Source of the DNA: a virus | Lineage: Duplodnaviria > Caudoviricetes | Length of the DNA stretch: 25,859 nt | Reading direction: 5' to 3' (one strand) | Virus record (IMG/VR): IMGVR_UViG_3300046028_008858 | Location: 1-25,859 of that record | Notes under the pieces: model-generated | What the model was told of the DNA's origin: nothing | Seen by the model: only the letters and a program-made list of their open reading frames with translations | Database searches by the model: none | Program-made: the position numbers and the translations under genes | Shown here: one piece after another, positions 1 through 7,285 of the stretch | Layout of the letters: each line of letters opens with the position of its first letter | How positions within the stretch are numbered: the stretch's first letter is position 1

Positions 1-7
1 GAAACAG

Positions 8-238
8 ATGACACAATCAAATGAGATGGTAAACCATCCAAATCACTATGGAGGTGAGGATAACACATACGAAGTAATAAAAGTATGTGAGGCTTGGGAA
101 TTAGATAAAGACGCTTATCTCTTCAACGTAGTTAAGTATGTTGCAAGAGCAGGCAAGAAAGACCAAGCAAAAGAATTGGAAGACCTTAAGAAGGCGTCTT
201 TCTATTTAAACCGTAAAATTAAAAACTTAGAAAAATGA
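8..238 (+). CDS. DUF3310 (SaV-like) phage protein
   Basis: VNHPNHY...EVI...NVVKYVARAGKK...EDLKKASFYL pattern typical of DUF3310. Confidence 0.85.
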   Translation: MTQSNEMVNHPNHYGGEDNTYEVIKVCEAWELDKDAYLFNVVKYVARAGKKDQAKELEDLKKASFYLNRKIKNLEK

Positions 239-672
239 TTTATTGGTTAACAGGACAACCTGGTTCAGGTAAAACTACATTAGCGAAAGCAATCATTAAA
301 GAAAGATTCTTCCGAGATTGGTTTCACATTGATGGTGATGATATTAGAGAGTTATTTGACAATAAAGACTATTCAAAAGAAGGTAGAATGAAGAACGTAT
401 TATTGACACAACAACTAGCTCAATACCTCCACTATAAGGGTAAAGATGTGATAGTGTCTTTAGTGTCACCATATAAAGAACAGAGAGAGTTATTTAAAGA
501 AAAAATGGGTGATATGTTAAAGGAAGTTTATGTCCATACCTCTGAAGTTAGAGGTAGAGAAAACTTCTTTGTTGGAGACTACGAACAACCTACAGAAAAC
601 TATACAGACATTTGCACTGATAATATTTTGGTAGACGAATGTGTTGAAATAATCTTTAAAAAAATTATCTAA
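235..672 (+). CDS. cysC: Adenylyl-sulfate (APS) kinase
   Basis: WLTGQPGSGKTT P-loop, IDGDDIR, YSKEGR..N, VSLVSPY..R and YEQP motifs of CysC; short form with a reduced lid region; ATGA overlap with the upstream gene. Confidence 0.85.
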   Translation: MIYWLTGQPGSGKTTLAKAIIKERFFRDWFHIDGDDIRELFDNKDYSKEGRMKNVLLTQQLAQYLHYKGKDVIVSLVSPYKEQRELFKEKMGDMLKEVYVHTSEVRGRENFFVGDYEQPTENYTDICTDNILVDECVEIIFKKII

Positions 673-1073
673 TGAAAAAAATACATGTTGAGGGCGACCC
701 AAAATTAAAAAATACGGGGGGTAAACAATATTCAATGTTTGTAGGTAGATTCCAACCATTTCATGATGGACATAGATGGGTTCTTGATGAAATGTTGAAT
801 GAAGGTAAGAATGTTCTTATTTGTATCAGAGACATTGAACCTGATACAAATAACCCATTCACTGCTAAAGAAGTTGAGAATAATCTTAATGGACAACTTC
901 TTGATTTAATTATGGAAGGTAGAGTTAAAGTAATGGTAATCCCAAACATTGAATCTGTAAACTTCGGAAGAGGAGTTGGATACGATATCATAGAATATTT
1001 ACCACCACAAGAGGTGAGTGATATCTCAGCCACTAAAATAAGAGAACAATTAAAACAAGAAAGTAAATTATAA
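672..1073 (+). CDS. Small HxGH nucleotidyltransferase (cytidylyltransferase/NMNAT-like)
   Basis: GRFQPFHDGH, NPFT and ISATKIR motifs; TAATG coupling to cysC. Confidence 0.8.
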   Translation: MKKIHVEGDPKLKNTGGKQYSMFVGRFQPFHDGHRWVLDEMLNEGKNVLICIRDIEPDTNNPFTAKEVENNLNGQLLDLIMEGRVKVMVIPNIESVNFGRGVGYDIIEYLPPQEVSDISATKIREQLKQESKL

Positions 1074-1921
1074 TGTTAGAAACAAATAGAATTATTCAAG
1101 GAGACTGTGTTGTTGAGATGGGAAAACTCCCTGAGGCTACGGTTGACTTAATGGTTACATCACCACCATATAACGTGGGAATAGATTACGATAGTCATAA
1201 CGACAGAATGTTTATGGAGGATTATTGGGGATGGACCGAACAATGGCTAACACAAGCTTATCGTTTATTAAAAGATGATGGTAGAGTCGCTATAAACGTA
1301 CCTTATGAAGTAAATGTACAAGACAGAGGTGGTAGGGTTTTATTTATGGCTGAGTTTTGGAATGTTATGAAAAAAGTTGGGTTTCAATTCTACGGACTTG
1401 TTGACCTTGACGAAAACTCGCCACATAGAAGTAAGACTACGGCTTGGGGTTCATGGATGTCACCAAGTAGTCCTTATATATATAATCCTAAAGAGTGTGT
1501 TGTTTTAGCATACAAAAAAGACAGGATTAAAAAAGTTAAAGGTGAACCACAATGGAAAGGAGAGTTGGTTGACTTGGAACAAGAAGATGGTACTATAAAA
1601 CAAAAAATGATGTATCAAGACGAAGATAAAAAAGAATTTATGAGTCTTGTATATGGACAATGGGAATATTTTGCTGACACCAAACAACAAACTAAAGCAA
1701 CATTCTCAATGGATATTCCAATGAAGGCGATTAAGATACTAACCTATAGAAACGATGTGGTACTTGACCCATTTGCAGGTAGTGGGACTAGTTTGGTTGC
1801 TGCGGAAATTAGTGGTAGACGATGGATTGGGATTGAATTAAGTGAGAGCTATACTAAAGTGGCTAAAGAAAGAGTTCAACACTTTATAGATAAGAATCGA
1901 CAAATAGAATTAGGTTTATAA
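1073..1921 (+). CDS. DNA N4-cytosine/N6-adenine methyltransferase (beta class)
   Basis: TSPPYN catalytic motif N-terminal, VLDPFAGSGTS SAM-binding motif C-terminal, IGIEL. Confidence 0.93.
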   Translation: MLETNRIIQGDCVVEMGKLPEATVDLMVTSPPYNVGIDYDSHNDRMFMEDYWGWTEQWLTQAYRLLKDDGRVAINVPYEVNVQDRGGRVLFMAEFWNVMKKVGFQFYGLVDLDENSPHRSKTTAWGSWMSPSSPYIYNPKECVVLAYKKDRIKKVKGEPQWKGELVDLEQEDGTIKQKMMYQDEDKKEFMSLVYGQWEYFADTKQQTKATFSMDIPMKAIKILTYRNDVVLDPFAGSGTSLVAAEISGRRWIGIELSESYTKVAKERVQHFIDKNRQIELGL

Positions 1922-1922
1922 T

Positions 1923-1948
1923 AAAAAGGTCCTTGAGACCTTTTTTTT
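1923..1948 (+). terminator. Intrinsic terminator
   Basis: AAAAAGGTC-cttga-GACCTTTTTTTT directly after the methylase stop. Confidence 0.8.
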
Positions 1949-1980
1949 GTTTATACGAGTATTTATTAAGAAAAGTACAA

Positions 1981-2178
1981 ATGGTTCAAATCATAATCAC
2001 AGAAGAACAATTAAAATTAATTAAAGAAAACCTTAGGATTGATAAAAACTATAAGGGTCAATTTAGTGAAAGTAATATTGATTCCTCAAATACAAGTACT
2101 TCAATAGAAATAGACCCATTTGCTAAATTTTTAAGAGGATTGTTTACAGGACAATTAAACCAAATGTCTGAAGTGTAA
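1981..2178 (+). CDS. Hypothetical protein with IITEEQL..IKE leader motif
   Basis: ATG at 1981 preceded by TATTTAT (1960-1966); N-terminus MVQIIITEEQLKLIKE. Confidence 0.6.
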   Translation: MVQIIITEEQLKLIKENLRIDKNYKGQFSESNIDSSNTSTSIEIDPFAKFLRGLFTGQLNQMSEV

Positions 2179-2188
2179 AAAAATAACT

Positions 2189-2560
2189 ATGAAAGAAGAA
2201 TTAATTTTAAAACTAATACAAATACAAACTCAGTTTAAATTTATGCATTGGCAAACAATGGGCGATGCTAAACATAGAGCTTATGGTGAAATATACGACA
2301 CTTTAGGAGACCTTATTGATAGTTTTGTAGAATCAATGATGGGTAAATATGGTAGACCAGAATTTGAGTCGGAATTTTCAATAATGTTTCAAGATTTAAA
2401 ATCATTAAGTGTTCAAAACTTTATAGATGGAATTACTGAATTTTTAGTGTCAATGACTGAACAGTTAGATACTAAATATGATACTGATTTATTAAATCTA
2501 AGAGATGAAATGTTGGCTTCGGTTAACAAATTAAAATACTTACTTACGTTAAAATCATAA
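2189..2560 (+). CDS. Ferritin/Dps-like four-helix protein (DUF5856-like)
   Basis: HWQT...HRAYGEIYDTLGDLIDSFVE and C-terminal LLNLRDEM..VNKLKYLLTL resemble Dps ferroxidase helices. Confidence 0.75.
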   Translation: MKEELILKLIQIQTQFKFMHWQTMGDAKHRAYGEIYDTLGDLIDSFVESMMGKYGRPEFESEFSIMFQDLKSLSVQNFIDGITEFLVSMTEQLDTKYDTDLLNLRDEMLASVNKLKYLLTLKS

Positions 2561-2585
2561 TAATGGTAAAAAACTTAGTTAATTG

Positions 2586-3998
2586 ATGAAAAGAATAATA
2601 TCGGAAACAGGGCTTAGAAACATTAATGCTCTAAAAAAAAGGTATCAAAAAGCTGAGATTTATTTTCATCAAGATTTGGATGGTGTAACAACCGCAATTG
2701 CGATGAAAAAATACCTTGAAGATAATGGTATTAATGTCATAGGCACTCACATTATTCAATACGGTGATAAAGAATTCTCTGTTAAAAAAAATGACGCTCA
2801 AGGAGATGTAATGCCAGTTCTTGTTGATTTTGCTCACGGTAAACCGATGTTTGTAATTCATACTGACCACCACGATAAGCAAGTTGGTGTTGAAAAGGGA
2901 ACCTCAAAACAGTTTAGAGGGGCTCGTTCAAATGTCGAAACAATCTCACAAGTTGTATCTCCAACCGATTTATTTCCTTCGGCCGATATATTATTAATTA
3001 ATACTGTAGATTCTGCGGATTATGCAAAGTTTAATGTAACACCACAGGAAGTGGTTAATTATGTTTACAGGATAGATAAAGATTCTTCACTCCAAAGAAA
3101 TAAAATGTTATTAGGATTAGTAATTAACAAATTACTTTTAGCGTTTAAAAACAAACCAGGATTCTTAGAGTCTTTGGTTATGGATTCTGAACCATCTTTA
3201 ATGTCGATATTAAATAACATTAAAGATTGGATGACAAGAACAAACGCAGCAAAACCTGAAGACTTACAAAAAAATGCACAAGATTATGCGGACAAAATGA
3301 AGGGCTACCCAACTGTATCTGATAACATTATTTTTCAGTACGGTGGGGGGAGTATGTTTAAACCTGGGTCTTACGACCGATATACACCATTTAGAAATAA
3401 TCCTGAGGCAGACTTTCTCATCATGGCGTGGCCGATGGGACTTGTTCAAGCTTCTTGTAATCCATTTAAGAAAGAAAGAGAACTTAAAGGTGTTAATCTT
3501 GGGGAAATTGCTCAAGAAGTACTTGCCAAATGGGAAGACCAACTAAAGGAGAAAAAGATACCGTTATCGACTATGAAGTGGGTTAGCGAAACGAGCGCAG
3601 GACCTGAAAGTGTTGGGTTCACTTTTAAAGATTTTGACGCTCTTTACGGTGGTAAATTCATGTTCATGGACGGAGGAGAAGAGATGTTAAATAAGATTGA
3701 AGAAATGATGGAAAAACCATTCAGTGATTTGTCTGAAGAAGAAATTTCATTGATGGATAAAATTGGAATCAATGCTTGGGACCTTATTCAATCTAACTCA
3801 GGTGGGCATAAATGTATTACCAATATTTCAGGACTTAATTATTTAGGTAGAGGTAAAAGACCACCACAAGGAGGTATTAGATATGATTCTGAGAGAGATG
3901 ATTCGCCATCAGTTAAGTTTACCAAGATGATTGCAAACCAATTTCAAAAAGTATTAAAGGAAAAAATTGCGGAGTCTAAAAATTCAACAGAAGATTAA
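2586..3998 (+). CDS. DHH-family phosphoesterase (NrnA/RecJ superfamily)
   Basis: HQDLDG (DxDG), LVDF, HTDHH and C-terminal SGGH (DHHA1-like); N-terminus MKRIISE. Confidence 0.75.
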   Translation: MKRIISETGLRNINALKKRYQKAEIYFHQDLDGVTTAIAMKKYLEDNGINVIGTHIIQYGDKEFSVKKNDAQGDVMPVLVDFAHGKPMFVIHTDHHDKQVGVEKGTSKQFRGARSNVETISQVVSPTDLFPSADILLINTVDSADYAKFNVTPQEVVNYVYRIDKDSSLQRNKMLLGLVINKLLLAFKNKPGFLESLVMDSEPSLMSILNNIKDWMTRTNAAKPEDLQKNAQDYADKMKGYPTVSDNIIFQYGGGSMFKPGSYDRYTPFRNNPEADFLIMAWPMGLVQASCNPFKKERELKGVNLGEIAQEVLAKWEDQLKEKKIPLSTMKWVSETSAGPESVGFTFKDFDALYGGKFMFMDGGEEMLNKIEEMMEKPFSDLSEEEISLMDKIGINAWDLIQSNSGGHKCITNISGLNYLGRGKRPPQGGIRYDSERDDSPSVKFTKMIANQFQKVLKEKIAESKNSTED

Positions 3999-4348
3999 GA
4001 TAGGTCATAAGTAATACTATCGCCAGCTTCAATATTAAGGATTTCACAAGAACCACCCTCAATCTCTAACACAATATTACCGTTCCCACAATAAGAAGGA
4101 CAATCAAATTCGTCATTACACGGAGGACAATTGTGATGTATATTAACAATCACGTTGTTCTTTATAATAATTATGTCTAACGGTATTAGACAATTTTTCA
4201 TCCAAAAACATTGTTTATCTCCACCCATTAAAAACAACAAACCATTAAAGTCGTTGTCAAAGGTTTTACCCATCATCCCAATTGATTGAGACTCCCTATC
4301 AACTAATGTTTTAACATTAAAAGTATTGTCATTAATTTTTACCTTCAT
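3995..4348 (-). CDS. DUF192 family protein
   Basis: GMM...GLLFL...FWMKNCLIPLDIIII...VLEIEGG...I.AGD; start moved to MKVKIND, 5 nt after TATTTAT. Confidence 0.88.
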   Translation of the reverse strand: MKVKINDNTFNVKTLVDRESQSIGMMGKTFDNDFNGLLFLMGGDKQCFWMKNCLIPLDIIIIKNNVIVNIHHNCPPCNDEFDCPSYCGNGNIVLEIEGGSCEILNIEAGDSITYDLS

Positions 4349-4533
4349 AATTAATAAATACTTTAGAAAACATAATAGTATTTGAATTTTTATCGTATAT
4401 TTGTATTCACAAAACAAAAAAGGGGTGAAAACTTGACAAAAGTGTAATTTTTATTATACTTTGAAAACATTGGATATATTTATATGTTCATGTCCGAAAG
4501 GACAAACACCTCCAAAATTCACAATAAAAAAGA

Positions 4534-4565
4534 TTTGATAGAATGAGAATTTTTTCCTATCTTTG
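4534..4565 (+). promoter_or_regulatory. Bacteroidota primary-sigma promoter upstream of tRNA
   Basis: TTTG-N20-TATCTTTG matches the -33/-7 consensus TTTG...TAnnTTTG. Confidence 0.8.
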
Positions 4566-4627
4566 TGAAACAAATCCCATAAGAAAGTTTTCGAGAGAAT
4601 TCAAACCTTATGGGGTTTTTTAACTAA

Positions 4628-4638
4628 GTTCTTTAACA
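4628..4638 (+). promoter_or_regulatory. boxA-like antitermination site
   Basis: GTTCTTTAACA compared with rrn boxA TGCTCTTTAACA; 11 nt before the tRNA; second copy at 5171. Confidence 0.55.
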
Positions 4639-4649
4639 TTAAAATATAT

Positions 4650-4721
4650 CGCGAGGAGGTTGTTGGTTACCCACCGGTCTCATAAGCCAGGTCCACGGCA
4701 GTTCAATTCTGTCCCTCGCAA
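4650..4721 (+). tRNA. tRNA-Met(CAT), initiator-like, atypical D arm
   Basis: Acceptor CGCGAGG/CCTCGCA with C1:A72 mismatch; anticodon loop CTCATAA; T arm GGCAG-TTCAATT-CTGTC; CCA not encoded. Confidence 0.8.
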
Positions 4722-4724
4722 CTA

Positions 4725-4824
4725 AAATCCACCAAAATGGTGTCTGATACTGACAGCTCTTTAGGGGTGATGGGTGTGAAAGCAGACTGAAAAGGGTACA
4801 ACCCAAACCCATAGTGATGGATTT
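4725..4824 (+). ncRNA. Putative ~100 nt multibranch structured RNA of unknown family
   Basis: Closing stem AAATCCA/TGGATTT; internal stems TGTC/GACA, ATGGGT/ACCCAT, GGGT/ACCC; no credible ORF. Confidence 0.4.
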
Positions 4825-4835
4825 AAAAAAAAAGA

Positions 4836-4867
4836 TTTGACTAATTAAAATATTAGTTGTATCTTTG
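4836..4867 (+). promoter_or_regulatory. Bacteroidota primary-sigma promoter
   Basis: TTTG-N20-TATCTTTG. Confidence 0.8.
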
Positions 4868-4972
4868 TAAACCAAACGGGTAACACCGAGAGGTTTTTTA
4901 ACAATCACCGAAAACAAATCTCACTATCGGTATAAAATAGAGTAAGATTGTTAAAAAAAAACTTCACAAAAA

Positions 4973-5004
4973 TTTGATAGTATCAAAACTTTCATCTACC
5001 TTTG
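4973..5004 (+). promoter_or_regulatory. Bacteroidota primary-sigma promoter
   Basis: TTTG-N20-TACCTTTG, followed by TGAAACAAAT exactly as after the 4534 promoter. Confidence 0.8.
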
Positions 5005-5170
5005 TGAAACAAATGAGAAGGGTTGACCTGATTAATCTTCGGATAAGTTAAGGTTGTGAAATTCCAAGTTCTTATTTCAAAACTGTGTTTGTTCACAACG
5101 GTTTGAAATTAAAAGGTGAACATGATTGTCGGGGATAACAATCGTAACATCAACCCCCTTTAGTGAAAGC

Positions 5171-5180
5171 GTTCTTTGAA
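5171..5180 (+). promoter_or_regulatory. boxA-like site upstream of the large ncRNA
   Basis: GTTCTTTGAA-TTAAAATAT, nearly the same context as GTTCTTTAACA-TTAAAATAT at 4628. Confidence 0.55.
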
Positions 5181-5260
5181 TTAAAATATTTTTTCTATAA
5201 GAGAACCGTGAGTTGAACCTTCGGGGAATACGAGCAAACGTCATACTTATAGAAAGAAAT

Positions 5261-6068
5261 TGGGCGGTCTATAGTCCATGAAATAAACTGTGAAAGCAGT
5301 ATAAAGTGACTCATCTTGATTGAAGTGGGTTGCGGTTTCCGAAAGGGAGCTCGAGTAGACAAGCGGGATATTATCAAACCTTTAGTATCGAGGGTAACAC
5401 TGTAGAGAAAGTGGTTTGGTAACCAAGCGATGTGGGTCGTTTGGTTGAGGGGGGAACTCCAATAAGAATAACTCGTAGAACTGTTGTGAGACATATGGTT
5501 ATCCGACCATACTATTGCGGAGTTCAATATAAAAGTAGACTTAAAACCGAAAGGTAAGAGTTCGTACAGGTGGTGCTGTTGTTCTCCTTACTCTTGACCT
5601 ACCAAGGTAGGAGTTATGAAGTAGACTTAAAATATGGAGGTCGGGAGACTTCAAGGTGTAGTTCAGTATTGTCTCGTTCAAAAGATGGGACAGCTGGTTT
5701 GACGGACCGCTACATCTATCATCCACAAATCAAACTTTTACTTTCATGTGAAAACTAAAAATCTAAAAGGAAAAGTGTTCGTCAGTCGTGATAGACAGGT
5801 CACTACTTAGTCATGAGTTGTTCATGGCCGTAAAGGGTCCCAAGCCCGATACGATTGTTTTGAAAGTTCTCTAGTCCCGCAAGGATTAATTGGGGTGGCA
5901 ACCTCGAAGAGTGATAAGTAAGAATAGAGTATATTACGACTTAAGGATTGGTTAATCTAATTGACCGTGACTGAGAGGTACTTCTCAAAAGGAAGTGGAA
6001 ATCGGAGGAACACAAATAATCTCCTGTAAAGTCTCTCATTGAAAGGTGTATTCTCAACCTGAATGCCA
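5261..6068 (+). ncRNA. Large (~800 nt) structured ncRNA, GOLLD-like
   Basis: GC-richer than flanks, no credible ORF, many stems with G-U pairs and GNRA loops on the + strand (GGTTTCC-GAAA-GGGAGCT, AACCAAGCGAT/GTCGTTTGGTT 5421-5446, ACC-GAAA-GGT, GAGGTC-GGGA-GACTTC). Recurrent AGTAGAC, tRNA-linked, ends GTGTATTCTCAACCT before a terminator. Size and context fit GOLLD; the family call is from recall, not a covariance search. Confidence 0.65.
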
Positions 6069-6070
6069 CT

Positions 6071-6105
6071 AAACCCTAATTGTTTTTACAGTTAGGGTTT
6101 TTTTT
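6071..6105 (+). terminator. Intrinsic terminator of the ncRNA locus
   Basis: AAACCCTAATTGT-loop-ACAGTTAGGGTTT plus T tract. Confidence 0.88.
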
Positions 6106-6106
6106 A

Positions 6107-6138
6107 TTTGTATATATAATTTGAATTTACTATCTTTG
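6107..6138 (+). promoter_or_regulatory. Bacteroidota primary-sigma promoter
   Basis: TTTG-N20-TATCTTTG, 21 nt before ATG 6160. Confidence 0.8.
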
Positions 6139-6159
6139 TAATCACAAAACGATAAAGAT

Positions 6160-6441
6160 ATGAACATACCTCAGCACAACATCAAGATTCAACACGAGAC
6201 CTTCGGAGTATTGTTAAGCGAAAACTTCGTCAACTCAACTCAATTCAAATTGTTTTTGAAGATGGTTCAGGGTTGTATTGAACTCAAGAACGACTTAACG
6301 TTTTTCAACGGTACTGATTTCTTTATCCACGTACCACACAAACATTTGGTTAGTTCAATGATTACTACTAATGTTAATACATATACATTAGCTGAACACC
6401 TTATTAATAAATCTAAAATGGAGGCGTTAGAAACAAAATGA
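6160..6441 (+). CDS. Hypothetical protein
   Basis: 93 aa ORF behind a host promoter; ATGA overlap with the next gene. Confidence 0.8.
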   Translation: MNIPQHNIKIQHETFGVLLSENFVNSTQFKLFLKMVQGCIELKNDLTFFNGTDFFIHVPHKHLVSSMITTNVNTYTLAEHLINKSKMEALETK

Positions 6442-6737
6442 TAACCATTCAAAATATTATAGAATTTTCTAAAGAACACCCTTCACTTAGAAATGGTAGG
6501 GTTACACGAATTGGAAACAATAACGTAGAATTTTCTATTGTTGGAGGTACTAGCGGGTTATACGGTGATTTTATTAATAATTTTGAGGTGGCAATTTTTG
6601 ATAAAGAAAATAATGAGTTTATCACAAAATTCTTTTACCCTGATATATTAGATGATGTAATTGCTTATATGTCAAAGGAAGATTTGGAAGTCTTAATTAA
6701 TAAGGTATTGAGAAGTAATGATTTCCAAGTTAGATAA
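6438..6737 (+). CDS. Hypothetical phage protein
   Basis: SIV...GLYG....FEVAI...DDVIAY pattern recalled from small phage proteins; coupled to the upstream gene. Confidence 0.8.
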   Translation: MITIQNIIEFSKEHPSLRNGRVTRIGNNNVEFSIVGGTSGLYGDFINNFEVAIFDKENNEFITKFFYPDILDDVIAYMSKEDLEVLINKVLRSNDFQVR

Positions 6738-6775
6738 AACTTGGTGGTGGAACCTGTACAAACCAGTACGGCCCT

Positions 6776-6803
6776 AAAGGAGAGACTTCGGTCTCTCTTT
6801 TTT
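6776..6803. terminator. Bidirectional intrinsic terminator
   Basis: AAAGGAGAGAC-TTCG-GTCTCTCTTTTTT between convergent genes. Confidence 0.88.
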
Positions 6804-7284
6804 ATTGTTCCCACCATATAAAGAATCCGCAATTATCGTAAATATACTTATTACAGTCTTCTTTAAATTCCTCAAGCATATTTTCAAACTCACCCCACTC
6901 ACCCATACCAATATCTTCATATATTTCATCTATTGTTCTATAAACTTCATTACCCTCATCGTCTTGATGAAGAACATTTGAGTCACCCCAACTCCATCTG
7001 GCAATTACTGAAGTGATGTCATTCTCCAAGTCAATATGGGGATTGTGGAATATAAAGTAAACGTATTCGTCATTACTAATATTAATTCTAACACCTTTTT
7101 CACTGCTAAGTTTCTTTATTGTTTTTGACACAAAATCGTCAGATTGTTCTTCACCTATTTCACCAACTAATTCTGTTAAGAAATTATCTAAATTATAACC
7201 AATCATTTTGGCGATGGTTGCGGTATCAGGATTCGGATATCCAACCTTATTCAATACCTTTAAAAATCTATTTAACTCACTCAT
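6802..7284 (-). CDS. Hypothetical acidic protein
   Basis: 160 aa ORF, third gene of a tight minus-strand operon (1-nt gaps). Confidence 0.8.
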   Translation of the reverse strand: MSELNRFLKVLNKVGYPNPDTATIAKMIGYNLDNFLTELVGEIGEEQSDDFVSKTIKKLSSEKGVRINISNDEYVYFIFHNPHIDLENDITSVIARWSWGDSNVLHQDDEGNEVYRTIDEIYEDIGMGEWGEFENMLEEFKEDCNKYIYDNCGFFIWWEQ

Positions 7285-7285
7285 A

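Noticed and set aside
1073-1921. Restriction-modification system
   Set aside because: No adjacent endonuclease and a terminator follows directly; orphan methylase
4639-5758. ORFs 4639-4917(-), 5195-5527(-), 5541-5726(-) and 5570-5758(+)
   Set aside because: Atypical composition, no start context, and they overlap the tRNA, promoters and structured RNA; chance frames in a GC-richer region
5261-6068. rRNA fragment, group I/II intron, RNase P or tmRNA identity for the large RNA
   Set aside because: No rRNA universal motifs, no interrupted host gene or recognisable intron core/domain V, no RNase P GAGGAAAGTCC, and no tRNA-like ends with tag ORF
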